The notes below the pieces were generated by a model. That model was given only the letters and a program-made list of their open reading frames with translations, searched no databases and was not told the DNA's origin. Of a stretch of DNA of 64,000 bases, positions 1 to 12,835 are shown piece after piece. The position numbers and the translations under genes are program-made. The DNA is from Somniosus microcephalus (taxonomy: Eukaryota), in assembly GCA_052327205.1 (NCBI GenBank), contig CM126210.1, forward strand, positions 164,362,001 through 164,426,000, given 5' to 3'. Every line of letters starts with the position of its first letter. Positions within the stretch are counted from its first letter, which is position 1.

Positions 1-616
1 TTAATTGGTCTACCATTTCTTTGTTCCCCATTATAAATTCCCCTGATTCTGACTGCAAGGGACCTATGCTTGACTTCACCAATCTTCCAATCTTTTTCTC
101 TTCATATATCTATAGAAGCTTTAAAAGTTAGTTTTTATGTTCCCTGAAAGCTTACTCTCACACTCTATTTTCCCCCTCTTAATAAATCCCTTTGTCCTCC
201 TTTGCTGAATCCTAAACTGCTCCCAATCCTCAGGTTTGCTGCTTTTTCTGGCCAATTTATATGTCCTCTCCTTGGATCTTATGCTATCTCTAATTTCCCT
301 TGTTAGCCACGGTTGAGTCACCTTTTTTGTTTTACTTTTATGCCAAACAGGGATGAACAAATTCTTTAGTTCATCCATGCGATCTTTAAATGTTTGCCAT
401 TGCCTATCCACCGTCAACCCTTTAAGTAACATTCCCCAATCCATCCTACCCAACTCGCGCCTCATACCATCGTAGTTTCCTTTATTTAAATTCAGGACCC
501 TAGTCTCTGAGTCAAATACTTCACTCTCCATCTTAATGAAGAATTCTATCATATTATGATCGCTTCTCCCCAAGGGGCCTCGCACAACAAGATTGCTAAT
601 TAATCCTTTCTCATTA

Positions 617-965
617 TGGTGGCATAGTGGTTAGCACTGTTGCCTCACAGCGCCAGGGACCCGGGTTCGAATCCGGCCTCGGGTGACTGTCTGTGTGGAG
701 TTTGCACATTCTCCCCGTGTTTGCGTGGGTTTCCTCCGGGTGCTCCGGTTTCCTCCCACAGTCCAAAGATGTGTGGGTTAGGTTGATTGGCTATGATAAA
801 TTGACCCTTAGTGTTAGGGGATTAAATACGTGGGGTTACGGGGATAGGGTGGGATATGTGTTGGTGTAGGGGTTACGGGGATCAGGTGGGATATGTGTCG
901 GTGCAGGCTCGATGGGCCGAAATGGCCTCTATCTGCACTGTGGGGTTTCTGTGATTCTGTGATTA
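617..965 (+). mobile_element. V-SINE (HE1-like) inserted in the CR1
   Basis: tRNA-like head (tggttagcactg...gggttcgaatcc), V-domain (gtggagtttgcacattctccccgtg...ggtttcctcccaca) and a gattctgt repeat tail. It interrupts CR1 sequence that is contiguous in the copy at about 22551-22580; ATTA flanks both ends. Confidence 0.88.
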
Positions 966-2926
966 CATAATACCCAGTCTAAGATGGCCTGATCTCTAGT
1001 TGGTTCCTCGACATATTGGTGCAGGAAACCATCCCGTATACACTCCAGTATTGTTACTAATTAGGTTAGCCCAATCTATATGTAGATTAAAGTCACCCAT
1101 GTTAACTGCTGTACCCTTATTGCACGCGTCTCTAATTTCCCATTTAATGCCATCCCCAACCTCGGCATTACTGTTTGGGGGTCTGTATACAACACCCACT
1201 AACGTTTTCTGCCCCTTGGTATTTCTCAGCTCTACCCATACAGATTCCACATCATCAGAGCTAATATCCTTCCTTAATATTGTATTAATCTCCTCTTTAA
1301 CCAGCAATGCTACCCCACCTCCTTTTCCTTTTTGCCTGTCTTTCCTGAATATTGAATACCCCTGGATGTTGAGTTCCCAGCCTTGGTCACCCTGGAGCCA
1401 TGTTTCCATAATCTCAATCATATCGTATCCATTTACATCTATTTGTGCAGCTATTTCATCCACCTTATGACGAATGCTCCTTGCATTAAGACACAAAGCC
1501 TTCAGGCTTGTTTTTTTTTAACACTCTTAGACCTTTTAGAACTATTATTTACTGTGGTCATGTTTGATTTAAACCCTTGAGTTCTCTGCCTGCCATTTTT
1601 GCTTTTCTCCTTCCTGTCTTTTGCTTCTATCTTTGTTTCCAATTCCTCTGTCTCCCTGCACGGGTTCCCAACCCCCTGCCATTTTAGTTTAAACCCTCCC
1701 CAACAGCACTAGCAAACACTCCCCCTAGGACATCAGTCCCAGTCCTGCCCAGGTGCAAACCGTCCAGTTTGTACTGGTCCCACCTCCCCCAGAACCGGTT
1801 CCAATGTCCCAGGAATTTGAATCCCTCCCCCTTGCACCATTCCTCTAGTCACGTATTCATCTGAAATATCCTTCTGTTTCTACTCTGACTAGCACGTGGC
1901 ACTGGTAGCAATCCTGAGATTACTACCTTTAAGGTCCTATTTTTTAATTTACCTCCTAACTCCCTATATTCAGCTTTTAGGACCTTGTCCCGGTTTTTAC
2001 CTATATCGTTGGTACCTATATGCACCACGACAACTGGCTGCTCAGCCTCCCCCTCCAGAATGCTCTGCAGCCGCTCTGAGATATCCTTGACCCTTGCACC
2101 AGGGAGGCAACATACCATCCTGGAGTCTCGTTTGCGGCCGCAGAAATGCCTATCTATTCCCCTTACAATAGAATCCCCTATTACTATAGCTCTCCCCCTC
2201 TTTTTCCTCCTGTCCTGTGCAGCAGAACCACCCATGGTGCCAGGAAGTTGGCTGCTGCTGTCTTCCCCCGATAAGCCATCCCCCCCAACAATATCCAAAG
2301 TGGTATATCTGTTTGAGAGGGGGATGGCCACAGGGGACCCCTGCACTACCTGCCTGCACCTACTACTCTGCCTGGCAATCACCCATTCCCTTCCTGCCTG
2401 TGCAGCCTTTACCTGCGGTGTGACCAACTCCCTAAACGTGCTTTCCACAACGTCCTCAGCATCGCGAATGCTCCAGTATGTATCCATTCGCAGCTCCAGC
2501 GCTGCAATGCGGTCTGCCAGTAGCTGCAGCTGGATACACTTCCCACACACATGGTCTTCAGAAACACAGGAAGTGTCCCTGATGTCCCACATAGTGCAGG
2601 AGGAGCAAACCACGGCACCGAGCTGTCCTGCCATGACTTACCCTTCAATTAATTTAAATTAACTTAAATCAAATCAATACCACCAATTACACTACAATTA
2701 AATGATATACTCAAGGGCCCTTGGTTACTAGCACTAGAAACTATAACCACAAAAAAATTAAGACCTTCTAAACTTTATAAACTATGAACCTTAACTGTCA
2801 AACTATAGAGTAGTATAAATACTCCCTGGCCGTACTCACCCAATCAGCTGCTCCCTCCTGCCCGCGTCATGTTTTGAATTGTGACGTGGCTCTGGAACGC
2901 CGCTGCCGGTCTGCGAGATTGCTAAG

Positions 2927-3142
2927 AAAGCCCGCAAAAGTGAGTTTAAATACTCACTGGGTCTCCGGTCTCACTGCTCCCGACACCAGCCTCTGCAAAG
3001 AAAGCCCGCGAAAGTGAGTTTAAATACTCACTGGGTCTCCGGTCTCACTGCTCCCAACACCAGCCTGTGAAATAAAGCCCGCGAAAGTGAGTTTAAATAC
3101 TCACTGGGTCTCTGGTCTCACTGCTCCTGACACCAGCCTCTG
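2927..3142. repeat. About 3 copies of a 73-74 bp tandem unit at the CR1 5' end
   Basis: Unit aaagcccgcgaaagtgagtttaaatactcactgggtctccggtctcactgctcc... starts at 2927, 3001 and 3074. Confidence 0.9.
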
Positions 3143-3159
3143 TTTGTGTGCAAGTGTTT

Positions 3160-3446
3160 TTTAGGGGATTCCTATTATTATGCTTATGATAATTCCGTAC
3201 GTAATTGGAATCCCCATAAGCATAATGGGAATCCCCCTTTGTGATTGGCTGGGCCGGCCCACGTGATCCCAGGGATGCTTGCGAATTGCCTGAGCCCCTG
3301 GGATACGTGGGCCTTTACGCAGGCCTACGCCTGCAGGCCCAGGAGCGCGAGCCTTCGTAGGTCCGGGGCCATCAGGTAAGTACAGATTTTCCTTACGGTT
3401 CGGAGGCATTCGCCCGCGGGAAGTCTCCGACCGCAATCTCAGGTCC
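3160..3446. mobile_element. One end of a Harbinger-type non-autonomous element
   Basis: Its end (cccgcgggaagtctccgaccgcaatctcaggtcc) resembles the reverse complement of the left end of the 5259-6016 element. Confidence 0.6.
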
Positions 3447-3538
3447 ATTATGTCTCAGTTATTCCGTGGAATGTAACATTGCAGGACTAAGAAAAATGAT
3501 AATGAGGTAAAAATTAAATCTTATTTTATATCCACAAG

Positions 3539-3658
3539 GACATGGCAGTTGCTGCAAGGGATGCTACGACTGGACAACTGGAGACTATAAAGATCAAATA
3601 TGAAGAAACCGTTGTGGCTCGGAAGAAGGCAGAAGATGAACTTGAAGCTTTCCGTCCA
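3539..3658 (+). CDS. IF gene, internal exon (coil 1B), 120 nt, phase 0/0: DMAVAARD...AEDELEAFRP
   Basis: Flanked by AG and GT; heptad pattern; aligns to vimentin AENTLQSFRQ; in frame with the next exon. Confidence 0.88.
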
Positions 3659-4087
3659 GTAAATAAACTGTTTGCTATCTTCCTACCTGTCTGTCAGTCT
3701 ATAGTATTTATCTCCTGTCTGTATGTCTAACTGTCTCCTTCACTGTTTACCTTTTTACTTCCAAAAAGGCTGAGTATTAAAATATCTACATCTCAATCTG
3801 TAATAAATATGTTTATAGGAAACAATGGGGATGAATTTCTGTAAGGCTTCTTCCACTCGCCAGCCATAACTTCAGTGGAGAACTGTGGAAACACTGTTTA
3901 TGTCATTTTTCTGGGGTTTCCACAGATCTTCCATTGAAGTTACAGCAGATGAATGGGAGAACCCCATGGAAATTCATCCCTATTGTAATTACATAACTTA
4001 AGGTCTACATACATACCGTTAGATAGTCTTCCTTCATTAATTTCTATTATATCTATCAGTAAGTAACAGGATTTATAATTATTTTAG

Positions 4088-4183
4088 GATGTTGATGCTG
4101 CCACAGCAGCCCGTATGGACCTTGAAAAGCAGCTGGAGAATCTTGAAGTTGAACTAGAATTCCTACAGAGAGTGCACAAAGAG
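4088..4183 (+). CDS. IF gene exon, 96 nt: DVDAATAARMDLEKQLENLEVELEFLQRVHKE
   Basis: ttttag/gtatag splice sites; same length, phase and sequence pattern as the 96-nt vimentin/desmin exon. Confidence 0.95.
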
Positions 4184-4719
4184 GTATAGTTTCATATTCA
4201 ACATAACATAAAGTCTGATTATAAGTTACACATTCATGCCGGTTTTATAATTTCTAGTTATAAGGGAGGAAGAGTCTAAAAAGCAAATACAAAACTAGAG
4301 ATTGAGTTATATAGGGGCTAGTATGTATAATAATAATATTGGTCAGTTCAACTGTTTCAGTTCTCCAACAGCATAATATAGAATATGTATAGAAAGAAAC
4401 ATATTGTGTGTATGAATAGGCAGACAAGTAACAGCAAGGAATAGACATGTAAGAATTTTGTGCTACTTTTTAATGAATTATCTGAGCAGGTAAACATGTC
4501 ACCTTGACAATAGCTGCATTGAAAATCTTGTTAACTTCCTATCATGAAGATTTTTTATCATAGAGCAAAATATAGCAGTCCATAAGTGACAAAATATTAC
4601 CAAAGAGTTGTGGTTTTCCTCCAAACCATTCTAGTTATGCTGCATGTAATTGTTAGCTTGAATTATCTTGTTTTTTTATGAAATTATCATTAAATATGTA
4701 TTATTTATCTGTTAAATAG

Positions 4720-4854
4720 GAAATTGAGGAACTAATGAAACAGATCTACAGTGTTAGTGCCAGTGTTGAGGTGACATACACTATTCCAGACCTGACTGCT
4801 GCACTCAAAGACATTCAACTTCAGTATGAAGACATATCAGTGAAGAATCTGCAG
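4720..4854 (+). CDS. IF gene exon, 135 nt: EIEELMKQ...PDLTAALKDIQLQYEDISVKNLQ (L12, coil 2A)
   Basis: aatag/gtaaga splice sites; PDLTAAL and KNLQ are type III/IV motifs. Confidence 0.95.
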
Positions 4855-5258
4855 GTAAGATGGTAAAGAAAGTGGGTTATTGCCCACTCTCTGGATAGAC
4901 CTTATGTGTCCTACATGCAGTATTTGTATGAGACTTAGTGAACACATACATTGGAGCATTGTTCTAACACACAGGGGTGAATTTCATCTTCAGGTATAAA
5001 TCAGTTCTAATTTGGCTTTTACTGCTTTAAGACCTGCTTGAATCTCAAGCGCTAATAACACTCAATTCTTTGGTCTAAAAAGAAAAAAGGAAGACTTGGA
5101 TTTATATAGTGCCTTTCACGACCTCAGGATTTCCCAAAGCACTTTACAGCCAATGAAGTACTTTTGAAATGTAGTCACTGTAGCAATGCAGGAAATGTGG
5201 CAGCCAATTTGCGCACAGCAAGGTCCCACAAACAGCAATGTGATAATTACCAGCTATT

Positions 5259-6016
5259 GGCCCAGAAATTCGGGTCGGGGACTTCCCACGGGTGCAAGCC
5301 CCCGACCTGCACTTACCTTGCGCGCCGGCAGTTGAGCTCTGGGCTCCCGTGGAATTCCGCTCCGGGGCCTGCTCCAACTCCTGACGCGCTGTGCTTGCGT
5401 GTCCCAGGGGCGTAGTTAGTGCGATGCGTCCCCTGGGATCACGTGAGCCATGGGCAGCCAATCAGAGGAGGGAAAAGCCCATTCATAAGATTGACAGGAA
5501 GACCTGTCTAAACTTATGAATATACGGGCCCCAAAATAACAGTAAACCTTCAAATACATTTTTTTTTTAAATCACACTTTTTAAATAAACTATAAATTAC
5601 ATTAAATAACTATTTTAAACAATAATTTAAAGTTTTGAAAAAAATAATTTTATGAAAAAACGGGGCAAAAATAAACTTACCTTGCTTTAAAATATTTAAA
5701 AATAATAAACCTGTGGAAAAAATGTTTTAATTTTAATTAATTGACCACTTACCTTTTAAAATGCAGGCCTTACGCCTGGTTTTTACATTTCTAAAATCTA
5801 AAGACTTAACCTCACAGAAAAACCTGTAAAAAAAACGTAAGTTCAAAGCGCAGACTCCCGCACGCACGCGTTCGACCTCTGAACCCCTTCGTTCAGAGGA
5901 ACGGAAGTGCCGGTTTCCCGCGCATGCGCAGTGCATGCAAGAAACCGGCACTTCCATCGGGTCCACGCGTGAGTACCCCGTGCGTACTCACGCGTTGGGA
6001 CCCGAATTTCTGGGCC
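5259..6016. mobile_element. Harbinger-type MITE
   Basis: Perfect TIR ggcccagaaattcgggtc / gacccgaatttctgggcc; flanks ATT/AAT; no transposase. Confidence 0.82.
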
Positions 6017-6181
6017 AATCTGTTTTAGTGAAGTTGATTTGAGGGATAAATATTGAGGATAACTCCCCTGCTCTTCTTTGAAATAGTGCCATGGGATCTT
6101 TTACATTAACCTGAGAGAGCAGACGTGGCCTTGGTTTAACACCTCATCGGAAAGTCAGCACCTCTGACAGTGCAGCACTCC

Positions 6182-6564
6182 CATAGTGGTTAGCACTGTT
6201 GCCTCACAGCGCCAGGGACCCGGGTTCAAATCCAGCCTTGGGTAACTGTCTGTGTGGAGTTTGCACATTCTCCCCGTGTTTGCGTGGGTTTCCTCCGGGT
6301 GCTCCGGTTTCCTCCCACAGTCCAAAGATGTGCAGGTTAGGTTGATTGGCCATGATAAAAATTGGCCCTTAGTGTTAGGGGGGATTAAATACGTGGGGTT
6401 ATGGGGTTACGGGGATAGGGCTTGGGTGGGATGGCTGTCGGTGTAGGGACCGGGTGCTAGGGTTTGGATGATCAGCCATGATCTTGTTGAATGGCGGAGC
6501 AGGCTCGAAGGGCCGAATGGCCTACTCCTGCTCCTATCTTCTATGTTTCTATGTTTCTATGTTT
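6182..6564 (+). mobile_element. V-SINE body with a CR1 LINE 3' end
   Basis: The body matches 617-850. The last ~115 bp match the reverse complement of 20228-20335 and end in (tttctatg)n. Confidence 0.85.
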
Positions 6565-7195
6565 ACTGCACTGGAATGTCAGCCTAGATTTTTGTGCTTA
6601 AGTCTCTGGAATGTCAGCCTAGATTTTTGTGCTTAAGTCTCTGGAGTGGGACCTGTACCCACAACCATTTGACTCGGAGGCGAGAGTGCTACCAACTGAG
6701 CCACGACTGACAACCAATTGTCTAACCTCATTTAAATAATTGTTCAACATCTCCAGGTGCAAACTCAGGTGGGTCTAGAGATGAAACAACTGGTAGGAGA
6801 GGAAAATTGCATGCAAACTAAATTTAAAGGGGTAGGGACAATAAAAGGGGAGTGTTAGAAAGAAGGAGACAAAAATGTAGGAAGCATCTGGAGAGCATTA
6901 AAAGGCATTTTAACCCATCAGCAACCTTAGCCAAGACTGAAGGAGCTGGTCACGAAGAAGTGGAATGCTAGCATGAAGGGAAAGGGGCCCCTAGGTACAA
7001 GTATGAGTCTGCAGACTAGTGACAGCAGAGTCCTGCACCCGGTCCCTTCTTTGATTGCTGTTGAAGTTGAGGTGCTGCTGCATGAGAAGCTTGCAAGGAG
7101 GGTTTTCCTTTTGCTATTTAACAGCACCATCCCATATGTCAACACTGCAGTGCTCCTGCAAGAATGTATGCACACCCAGCTCAGTCAACCCTGCA

Positions 7196-10033
7196 AAGTC
7201 CCCCTCACCAGCATCTGGGGACTTATACCAAAATTGGGAGAGCTGCCCCACAGACTAGTCAAGCAACAGCCTGACATAGTCATACTCACAGAATCATACC
7301 TTTCAGCCAATGTCCCAAAATCCTCCATCACCATCCCTGGGTATGTCCTGTCCCACTGGAAGGACAGACCCACCAGGGGTGGTGGCACAGTGGTATACAG
7401 TTGGGAAGGAGTGGCCCTGGGAATCCTCAACATTGACTCCGGACCCCATGAAGTCTCATGGCTTCAGGTCAAGCATGGGCAAGGAAACCTCCTGCTGATT
7501 ACCACCTACCGCCCTCCATCAGCTGATGAATCAGTACTCCGGCATGTTGAACACCACTTGGAAGAAGCACTGAGAGTAGCAAGGGCACAGAATGTACTCT
7601 GGGTGGGGGACTTCAATGTCCATCACCAAGAGTGGCCCGGTAGCACCACTACTAACTGAGCTGGCCGAGTCCTGAAGGACATAGCTGCCAGTCTGGGCCT
7701 GCGACAGGTGGTGAGAGAACCAACACGAGGGAAAAATCTACTTGACCTCGTCCTCACCAATCTACTTGTCACAGATGCATCTGTCCATGACAGAATTGGT
7801 AGCAGTGACCATCGCACAGTCATTGTGGAGACAAAGTCGTGTCTTACGCTCCATTGTGTTGTGTGGCACTACCACCATGCTAAATGGGATAGATTCAGAA
7901 CAGATCTAGCAGCTCAAAACTGGGCATACATGAGGTGCTGTGGGCCATCAGCAGCTGCAGAATTGTATTCCACCATAATCTGTAACCTCATGGCCCGGCA
8001 TATTCTTCACTCTACCATTGCCACCAAGCCAGGGAACCAACCCTGGTTCAATAAGGAGTGTAGAAGAGCATGACAGGAGCAGCACCAGGCATACCTAAAA
8101 ATGTGGTGCCAACATGGGGAAACTGTAAGATAGGACTACATGCATTTTAAAAAGCAGAAGCAGCATGCTATAGACAGGGCTAAGCAATCCAACAATCAAC
8201 GGATCAGATCAACACGCTGCAGTCCTGCCACTTCCAGTCGTGAATGGTGGTGGACCATTAAACAACTAATGGGAAGAGGAGGCTCCATGAATATCCCCAT
8301 CCTCAATGATGGTGGAGCCCAGCACGTGAGTGCAAAAGACAAGGCTGAAGCATTTGCAGCCATCTTCAGCCAGAAGTGCTGAGTGGATGATCCATATCGG
8401 TCTCCCCCTGAAGTCCCCACCATCACAAAAGCCAGTCTTCAGCCAATTCAATTCACTCCACGTGATATTAAGAAATGGCTGAGCACACTGCATACAGCAA
8501 AGGCTATGGGCCCTGACAACATCCCGGCTATCGTGCTGAAGACTTGTGCTCCAGAACTAGCCGCGCCTCTAGCCAAACTGTTACAGTACAGCTACAACAC
8601 TGACATCTATCCGACAATGTGGAAAACTGCCCAGGAATGTCCTGTCCACAAAAAGTAGGGCAAATCAAATCCGGCCAATTACCGCCCCATCAGTCTACTC
8701 TCAATCATCAGCAAAGTGATGGAAGGTGTCATCGACAATGCTATCAAGCAGTACTTACTCACGAATAACCTGCTCACTGATGCCCAGTTTGGGTTCCGCC
8801 AAGACCACTCGGCTCTTGACCTCATTAAAGCCTTGGTCCAAACATGGACAAAGGGCCTGAATTCCAGAGGAGAAGTGAGAGTGACTGCCCTTGACATCAA
8901 GGCAGCATTTGACCGAGTGTGGCATGAAGGTGCCCTAGTAAAACTGAAGTCAATGGGAATCGGGGGGGAAAACTCTCCACTGGCTGGAGTCATACCTATC
9001 ACAAAGGAAGATGGTTGTGGTGATTGAAAGTCAATCATCACAGCCCCAGGACATCGCTGCAGGAATTCCTCAGGGCAGTGTCCTAGGCCCAACCATCTTC
9101 AGCTGCTTCATCAATGACCTTCCCTCCAACATAAGGTCAGAAATAGGGATGTTCGCTGATGACTGCACAGTGTTCAGTGCCATTCACAACTCCTCAGATA
9201 ATAAAGCAGTCGATGCCCACATGCAACAAGACCTGAACGACGTTCAGGCTTGGGCTGATAAGTGGCAGGTAACATTCGCAGAGGTGCCAGGCAATGACTA
9301 TCTCCAACAAGCGAGAGTCTAACCATTCAATGGCATTACCATCGCCAAATCCCCCACCATCAACATCCTGGGGGTCACCATTGACCAGAAACTTAACAGG
9401 ACCAGCCACATAAATACTGTGGCAACAAGAGCAGGTCAGAGGCTAGGTATTCTGCGGCGGTCTCCTGACTCCCCAAAGCCTTTCTACCATCTACAAGGCA
9501 CAAGTAAGGAGTGTGATGGAATACTCTCCACTTGCCTGGTGAGTGCAGCTCGAACAACACTCAAGAAGCTCGACACCATCCAGGACAAAGCAGCCCACTT
9601 GATTGGCACCCCATCCAGCACCTTAAACATTCACTCCCTCCACCACTGGCGCACCGTAGCTGCAGTGTGTACCATCTACAAGATGCACTGCAGCAACTTG
9701 CCAAGACTTCTTCAACAGCACCTCTCAAACTCACAACCTCTACCTCCTAGAAGGACAAGGGCAGCAGGCGCATGGGAACACCATCACCTCCAAGTTCCCC
9801 TCCAAGTCACACACCATCCTGACTTAGAAGTATATCGCCAATCCTTCATCATCGCTAGGTCAAAATCCTGCAACTCCCTACCTAACAGCACTGTGGGAGT
9901 ACCTTCACCACACGGGCTGCAGCAGTTCAAGAAAGCAGCTCACCACCACCTTCTCAAGGGCAATTAGGGATGGGCAGTAAATGCTGGCCTTGCCAGCGAC
10001 GCCCACATCCCATAAACAAATAAAAGAAAAAAA
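7196..10033 (+). mobile_element. Decayed CR1-group LINE ORF2 (endonuclease + RT), family unresolved
   Basis: ILTESYL, YRPPS, GDFN, SDH, QFGFR, LDIKAAFD, PQGSVLGP and FADD motifs across stop-broken ORFs; A-rich 3' end at about 10015-10033. Confidence 0.88.
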
Positions 10034-10924
10034 GTTTCAGGCTACAACTGACCGTTATTGTCTCTGCACATCTGCAAGCAGTACGCTGCATTTTAGCTGC
10101 AGCTGTCCTTGCAGCTGTTGCCACAGCTCAACACCTGTCCCTCTGCTGATCCAGACATCGAGAAGGCAACTTCCCATTGCCATTCCCAGGTAAATTTGCT
10201 AGGGCATGTAAAAATGGTTGGTGGTATCCTGGCAAGTGTGGCCAAACATGGAATGCTGACTCCTGATCACACTGGCATTCCTTCTTTTAGGCAGTACCAT
10301 GAGATGCTGTGATTGGAATCATTCGGAAGAACCTTCCAACAGAACGGTTTGTCAGTTATTCACATCACATTGTGATGCCACCGGGGTTCTGCTGGTGCAG
10401 TGTCCTTTAGGAAGAGGAGCCTCCACTAACAACATCTGCCAAAGTGAAGTATACTACCTCTCTCTACAGATGTGGAGGTGCGGATGGCAGCAGGATGGCA
10501 CAGAGCACTTCTCGGTCTTTCTGACTTGCCAAGCATTCCTCCATAGCTCCTCCTCTTCCTTCAAGTGCGCCAGTTCAGATGATCCCGAGCGGCAAATAAA
10601 GGCAGTTTGTATCTACAGTTAGCACTTTCCATCTCAAAAAGATGTTGTTCAAACCTCGCACTATGGCTTTGAACCATACAATTTTATAGCACAGAAGGAG
10701 ACCGTATGGCCCATCATGCCTGTGTCGGTTCATTTGGTCCCATTCGCCACGCTGTTTAAATTTTTTTTTTTTCAAATATTGATCCACTTCCCTTTTAGAA
10801 GATATTATGGATTCTGCTTTCACCTCTGGTAGGATATTCCATGTTCTAATAACATACAACATTTTGTTTCTTCTCCCGTGCTCTCTTTTCATTCTTTTGT
10901 TGATGATCTTACATTTATGTCTTA

Positions 10925-11285
10925 AGTATATAATCTAGGCTGACTCTCCACTGAAATACTGAGGGGGTGCAGTATTGTTGGAGGTGCCATCCTTCAGATG
11001 AGATGTTAAACTGAAATCCAGTTTGGTTGTTTAGGTGGATATAATGCATCCTATGACATTATTTGCAGAAGTAGAGGGAGTTCCCACAGTGTCATGGCCA
11101 ACATTTCTCCCTAAACTAACATCACCTGAACAGATTAAGCAGTCCTTCATCTCATTGCTATATATGGTATCTTGTTGTGTTCAAATTGACTGCCATATTG
11201 GCCTACACAAGAACATGCACCATACTTCCTAGCAATTTATTGTATATGAAGCACATAAGGGACTGTATATATGCAAGTCTTCTAC
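10925..11285 (+). mobile_element. Degenerate DeuSINE-like SINE
   Basis: aatctaggctgac...ctgaggg...ggaggtgccatccttcagatgagatgttaaac core, shared with 27061-27480 and 5092-6712. Confidence 0.55.
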
Positions 11286-12724
11286 TTTATTTTGCTTTTT
11301 ATAATTAAAATCAGACAACCTTTTTATATTGCCATGTTATTTTTCTAATTGAAAAGAGCTGGTTAAAAAAATCAGCTCTTTTCAATCCAAATACAGCGGC
11401 AGTGCAGGATAGGGGACTGGTAAATTCTCTGAACATGTGTTTAAATGTGATGAGTAGAGCTCTATCGCCCCTTCCCTGCAGAGCACTGTAAGCAGCTATT
11501 AGACATGAATAGCTTCTGGTAAATACACAAGTGGTAATGTATTGATACTGCCATTACAATGGCTACATTACAGAACCTGGGTTAGAGCCATGTATGGAAT
11601 GGGCATACTGCGCAGCTGCAGTACATCTGTGCTGTTCTTTGGTTGAAGGTGATGTACATCTACAATTGCTAGATTATATGTTTGAATTGGAAGAGTTTGA
11701 TGCTGTAACTGCGTCAAAGTTATAAGAAGTTCTTATACAATGTCCCTCATCGTGATTGAGGCAGACACCAAACTGTAAAAAACATAAAGGCATATCATGT
11801 CAAAAAAAGAAATTGGATTTAGCTATAAGTCAACCTTATTTACTTGCACAGCATTTAACACAAATAATGTGACAGCTTTAATAAATCCATGTTTATATGG
11901 ACATCGAAGTGCTCATGTCCCAAATAATTTCCTTGCTATACTGGGCTCTCCTCAAAATATATTTGTTTCTTAAATGATTGAAACATAAATTAAAATACAA
12001 CAAAGAAAAGAACATTATTAATAATGTTGTAAATGACATTTAAGAAATGAGGAGAGCTGCTATGTGTGAGGAAAGAAACAACTTCTGTCCATTTCAATCC
12101 TCCACAGTTAGGTTGAAGAAACATTGTCCGAGCAATCTGAGGAGAGCTTGCACTTGGAATCAATCCCTTGCCATACCTGACCAAGATGCTGTTTTATACC
12201 GTCAGGAGGTGCAAAATGGAGAATGTTCCATTCTGCAGCACTATCATCCCTGACCTTGAGGGACACAATAAACCATCTGGTTCTATTCATGCGAATACAG
12301 TTACTTGTCAGGCTACTGACAGAGAGTTTGAATATATCTTTGTATTGCATTTGTTCGATGAACGCTCAAGGTCTTTCTAGGTGGTGTACCATGCTATTGT
12401 GTATGTTGAAAGACTGGGTAAAAATGAAATAAAATAGTGAAAACATTTTTTTTTAACAAAAAAAGCAATAGAATATCCCTTTGATGAGAGGGCCATGCTG
12501 TCAGGTGACAGGCTGCTCATCGCTTTGGAGTAGCGTTGTGCTTATCAGGCTATTTTCTTGTTTGTGACTAGAAATTGCCATAAAATGTTTGGTCACTAAT
12601 TTTGACGAAAAATTATGCAAGAATCTCCAGTGACTAATATGTTCATATTGATTTGTATTACTTTGTTTACCTTTATTTACAAACTATCCTTGATTATTAA
12701 TATTTACTTTTATGTTTCTCCTAG

Positions 12725-12835
12725 GAAATGGATGAATGGTATAAAAGCAAATTTGTTGATCTGAATCAAACATCTGCCAAACGCATAGAAAATGTGCGAA
12801 ACACAAGAGAAGAACTTGCAGAGTGTAAGCGGATT
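12725..12835 (+). CDS. IF gene exon, 111 nt: EMDEWYKSKFVDLNQTSAKR...ECKRI
   Basis: ctcctag/gtaagt splice sites; EWYKSKF motif. Confidence 0.95.

Larger units (their letters stand above)
1..3142 (-). mobile_element. CR1 LINE, 5' half (5'UTR, ORF1 zinc-finger/SGNH esterase, decayed ORF2 endonuclease); continues beyond the window start
   Basis: ORF 1849..2634 has CSSC/CGKC and esterase motifs (VIGDSIVR, HIGTND). ORFs 996..1496 and 121..585 are APE endonuclease pieces (CLNARS, YRPP, GDFN, SDH). Very similar to the CR1 at 20228-22743. Confidence 0.92.
5092..6712 (-). mobile_element. DeuSINE/SacSINE1-like SINE split by a MITE and a V-SINE
   Basis: Reverse-strand tRNA-like head near 6640-6705; Deu-like core (gggatcttttaca...gacagtgcagcactc); L2-like tail near 5092. 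Also has a 36-bp internal tandem duplication at about 6571-6645. Confidence 0.7.

Noticed and set aside
617-690. tRNA gene
   Set aside because: It is the tRNA-derived head of a V-SINE, as are the similar motifs at 6182, about 6650-6705 and about 27065.
2927-3142. CRISPR-like array of palindromic repeats
   Set aside because: The intervening sequences are near-identical rather than unique spacers, the context is eukaryotic, and there are no cas genes.
6973-7659. 228-aa ORF that looks like a novel N-terminally extended endonuclease
   Set aside because: Chance read-through from flanking DNA into a 5'-truncated LINE; the LINE has stops immediately downstream.
6840-10620. Harbinger-like coding relics flanking the LINE (about 6840-7195 and 10040-10620)
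   Set aside because: Too decayed to support by eye.
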